From Protoeuglena noctilucae (taxonomy: Eukaryota): a DNA stretch of 64,000 bases. The DNA lies in assembly GCA_958009085.1 (NCBI GenBank), contig OY253685.1, positions 310,001 to 374,000 on the forward strand, in the 5' to 3' direction. Of the stretch, positions 63,507 to 64,000 are shown in pieces (positions within the stretch are counted from its first letter, which is position 1; the number at the start of each line of letters is the position of its first letter). A program made the translations under genes and the position numbers. The notes beneath the pieces were generated by a model that was not told the origin of the DNA, did not search any database, and worked only from the letters and a program-made list of their open reading frames with translations.

Positions 63507-63674
63507 CCACGACCATTGCTCCCACGCCCCGTCTTTGTCTTTGATGGTCGTGAAGCTCTGGTACGAAAGCAGCGAGCGCCGGGCATGCCAGGACGGAGAG
63601 TTGCTGTCAGAGTACCTGATGCCAATCCTTTTGCTAAATTGTTGCAGCATTTCGACTTCCGTTGTCGAAGACGT

Positions 63675-63748
63675 TCCGGCTTAGCTCAGTTGGTTAGAGC
63701 GCACGGCTGTTAACCGTGAGGTCGCAAGTTCGACCCTTGCAGTCGGAG
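63675..63748 (+). tRNA. tRNA-Asn (GTT)
   Basis: Cloverleaf: acceptor TCCGGCT/AGTCGGA, D arm GCTC/GAGC, anticodon arm CACGG-CTGTTAA-CCGTG, T arm GCAAG-TTCGACC-CTTGC, discriminator G. No encoded CCA; TTTT follows within ~10 nt (Pol III terminator). Confidence 0.97.
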
Positions 63749-64000
63749 CAAATCTTTTGGTGTGCCCAAGGATTACCCTACCGGGTATTGACCTACCCGC
63801 CTTCGGAGAGAAAGTCACCTACACTGCGCATGTGTAGGTACCTGTGTAGGTCAGCGCGAGCGCGAGGTCGCAAAACCCGTGCCGTGCCAAATGCACTGCA
63901 ACGATGGAAACCCCGGGGTGTCAGCTGCCCCGGGGGACGGCACTTCTGCCGCAAGGCGTGGCTCTGAGAGTCATAGCACCCCTCGACTGTTGAATCGCTC

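Noticed and set aside
62917..63540. CRISPR-like repeat/spacer reading of the short direct repeats
   Set aside because: The repeats differ in length and are staggered pieces of one site, the 'spacers' are homologous to each other, the context is eukaryotic and there are no cas genes. TSDs explain it better.
62108..63650. ORFs across the element array as transposase or RT
   Set aside because: No RT, endonuclease or DDE motifs; the ORFs cross element junctions and homopolymers.
63675..63748. U1-A72 first pair suggesting an organellar or bacterial tRNA-Asn insertion
   Set aside because: The D-loop and anticodon arm resemble plant-type cytosolic tRNA-Asn, a Pol III T-run follows, and the flanks show no organellar DNA.
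1..64000. Hundreds of long overlapping and antisense ORFs rich in P/A/R/G
   Set aside because: Expected from very high GC and codon bias on the opposite strand; they carry no motifs and are explained by the spliced genes.
1..64000. Alternative genetic code (TAR=Gln as in some ulvophytes, or TGA recoding)
   Set aside because: Well-supported genes end in TAG (JmjC, thioredoxin) and TGA (DPE2, SF3B4), and I saw no internal stops in conserved domains.

Overview
Gene-dense, very GC-rich eukaryotic nuclear DNA with short spliceosomal introns, so most ORF-track entries are exon fragments or antisense artefacts. The gene set (DPE2, lycopene epsilon-cyclase, ciliary and basal-body proteins) points to a flagellated green alga; I cannot name the species. 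I reconstructed about 19 intron-containing protein genes by eye, one tRNA-Asn(GTT) and two 200-N assembly gaps. Most notable: (1) a nested array of at least 3 short, highly structured non-coding retroposon-like elements inserted one after another 135-168 bp upstream of the tRNA gene. They have overlapping 15-18 bp target-site duplications, one orientation, truncation on the tRNA side and homopolymer ends of unusual polarity, suggesting a tRNA-gene-targeted retroposon system. (2) An unusually high share of GC-AG introns. (3) A receptor-like RCC1 beta-propeller gene with an intron at the identical codon in all seven repeats. Exon boundaries and family calls are manual and recalled from memory; no search was run.
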